A stretch of DNA of 64,000 nucleotides from Leucoraja ocellata (taxonomy: Eukaryota). Under the pieces are notes generated by a model. That model did not search any database and had not been told where the DNA came from. It saw only the letters and a program-made list of their open reading frames with translations. A program made the position numbers and the translations under genes. The first letter of the stretch is position 1. Each line of letters starts with the position of its first letter. The stretch spans positions 4,588,001 through 4,652,000 of the forward strand of contig JAWMAR010000027.1 in assembly GCA_036785375.1 (NCBI GenBank), read 5' to 3'. Of the stretch, positions 63,125 through 64,000 are shown in pieces.

Positions 63125-64000
63125 GTAGAGGAAAAAAATTAGTTGACAAATATGTGTCCCTTGATGACAGAAACAAGTGAATTTATTATGGGGAACGAGG
63201 AAATGGCAGACAAGTTGACCAGGTACTTTGGATCCGTCTTCACTAAGGAAGACACAAACAATCTCCCAGATGTACTAGTGGCCAGAGGACCTAGGGTGAC
63301 GGAGAAACTGAAGGAAATTCACATTAGGCATGAGATGGTGTTGGGTAGACTGATGGGACTGAAGGCGGATATATTGTATTGTATTGTATTCAAATTTATT
63401 GTCATTGTCTCAATTAGAGACAACGAAATGAAATTTTCCTTACAGGCAGTATCATAAAAATAAATAAATAATAAATAATAAAACATATTAAAAATAAAAT
63501 TGAATTGAATTAAAAAAAGAAAAGCACAAACACAGAAAGTCCACGACACAACACAACACAACACAGTGGCACCAAGGTGAGGAAGGCACCATAGTCCAGC
63601 CAGCCTCCCCTCCGATCTTCCCAGATGTTCATCGGTGGTCTGGGCCTTCCCAAATCCCCAGGGCCTGGTGGGCTGCACTCCATGGTACTTAAGGAGGTGA
63701 CTCTAGAAATTGGAGATCATTTTCCAATGTTCTATTGATTCAGGATCAGTTCCTGTTGATTGGAGTATAGTTAATGTTATCCCAATTTTTAAGACAGGTG
63801 GGAGAGAGAAAACAGGGAATTATAGACCAGTTAGCCTGACATCAGTGGTGGGGAAGATGCTGGAGTCAATTATAAAAATGAAGTAGTGGCACATTTGGAT
63901 AGCAGCAACCTGATTGGTCCGAGTCAGCATGGCTTTACGAAGAGGAGATCATGCTTGACTAATCTCTGGAATTTTTTGAGGATGTAACTCGGAAATTGAT
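63125..64000 (+). mobile_element. CR1 LINE ORF2 (runs off the window), interrupted by an antisense GC-rich retroelement at ~63372-63651
   Basis: EMADKLTRYFGSVFTKED...LKAD|KSPGP...ANVIPIFK.G..E..GNYRPVSLTSVVGKMLE...QHGF...SCLTNL. The insert has a (tattg)n tail and tttattgtca. Confidence 0.9.

Overview
Eukaryotic, AT-rich vertebrate genomic DNA. The repeat content (HE1-type V-SINEs, CR1 LINEs, Rex1/Babar LINE ends, Penelope-like elements, Deu-domain SINEs) points to a cartilaginous fish, probably a skate or ray (inference). The first ~28 kb holds the 3' part of NEDD1 (GCP-WD, gamma-tubulin ring complex targeting factor) on the + strand. I traced 8 coding exons with GT-AG sites and consistent splice phases (3026-3227, 12141-12246, 13137-13247, 17778-17929, 20464-20548, 22559-22706, 23340-23406, 26819-26926 with TGA stop); the 5' exons lie upstream of the window. 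The remaining ~36 kb has no credible host protein-coding exon. It is a mix of repeats and repeat-free blocks that look like conserved non-coding elements; in mammals this interval leads toward the RMST lncRNA. The most striking recurring signal is about 20 short Penelope-like pseudo-LTR insertions carrying a minimal type-I hammerhead-ribozyme-like core (CTGAAGA-stem II-GAAACGTC), many with target-site duplications and inverted ends. Other notable items are a 47-bp locally templated insertion, a ~245-bp local inverted duplication, a three-layer nested insertion, and a divergent, compact NEDD1 C-terminal half. All assignments come from reading by eye and recalled family motifs; no searches were run.
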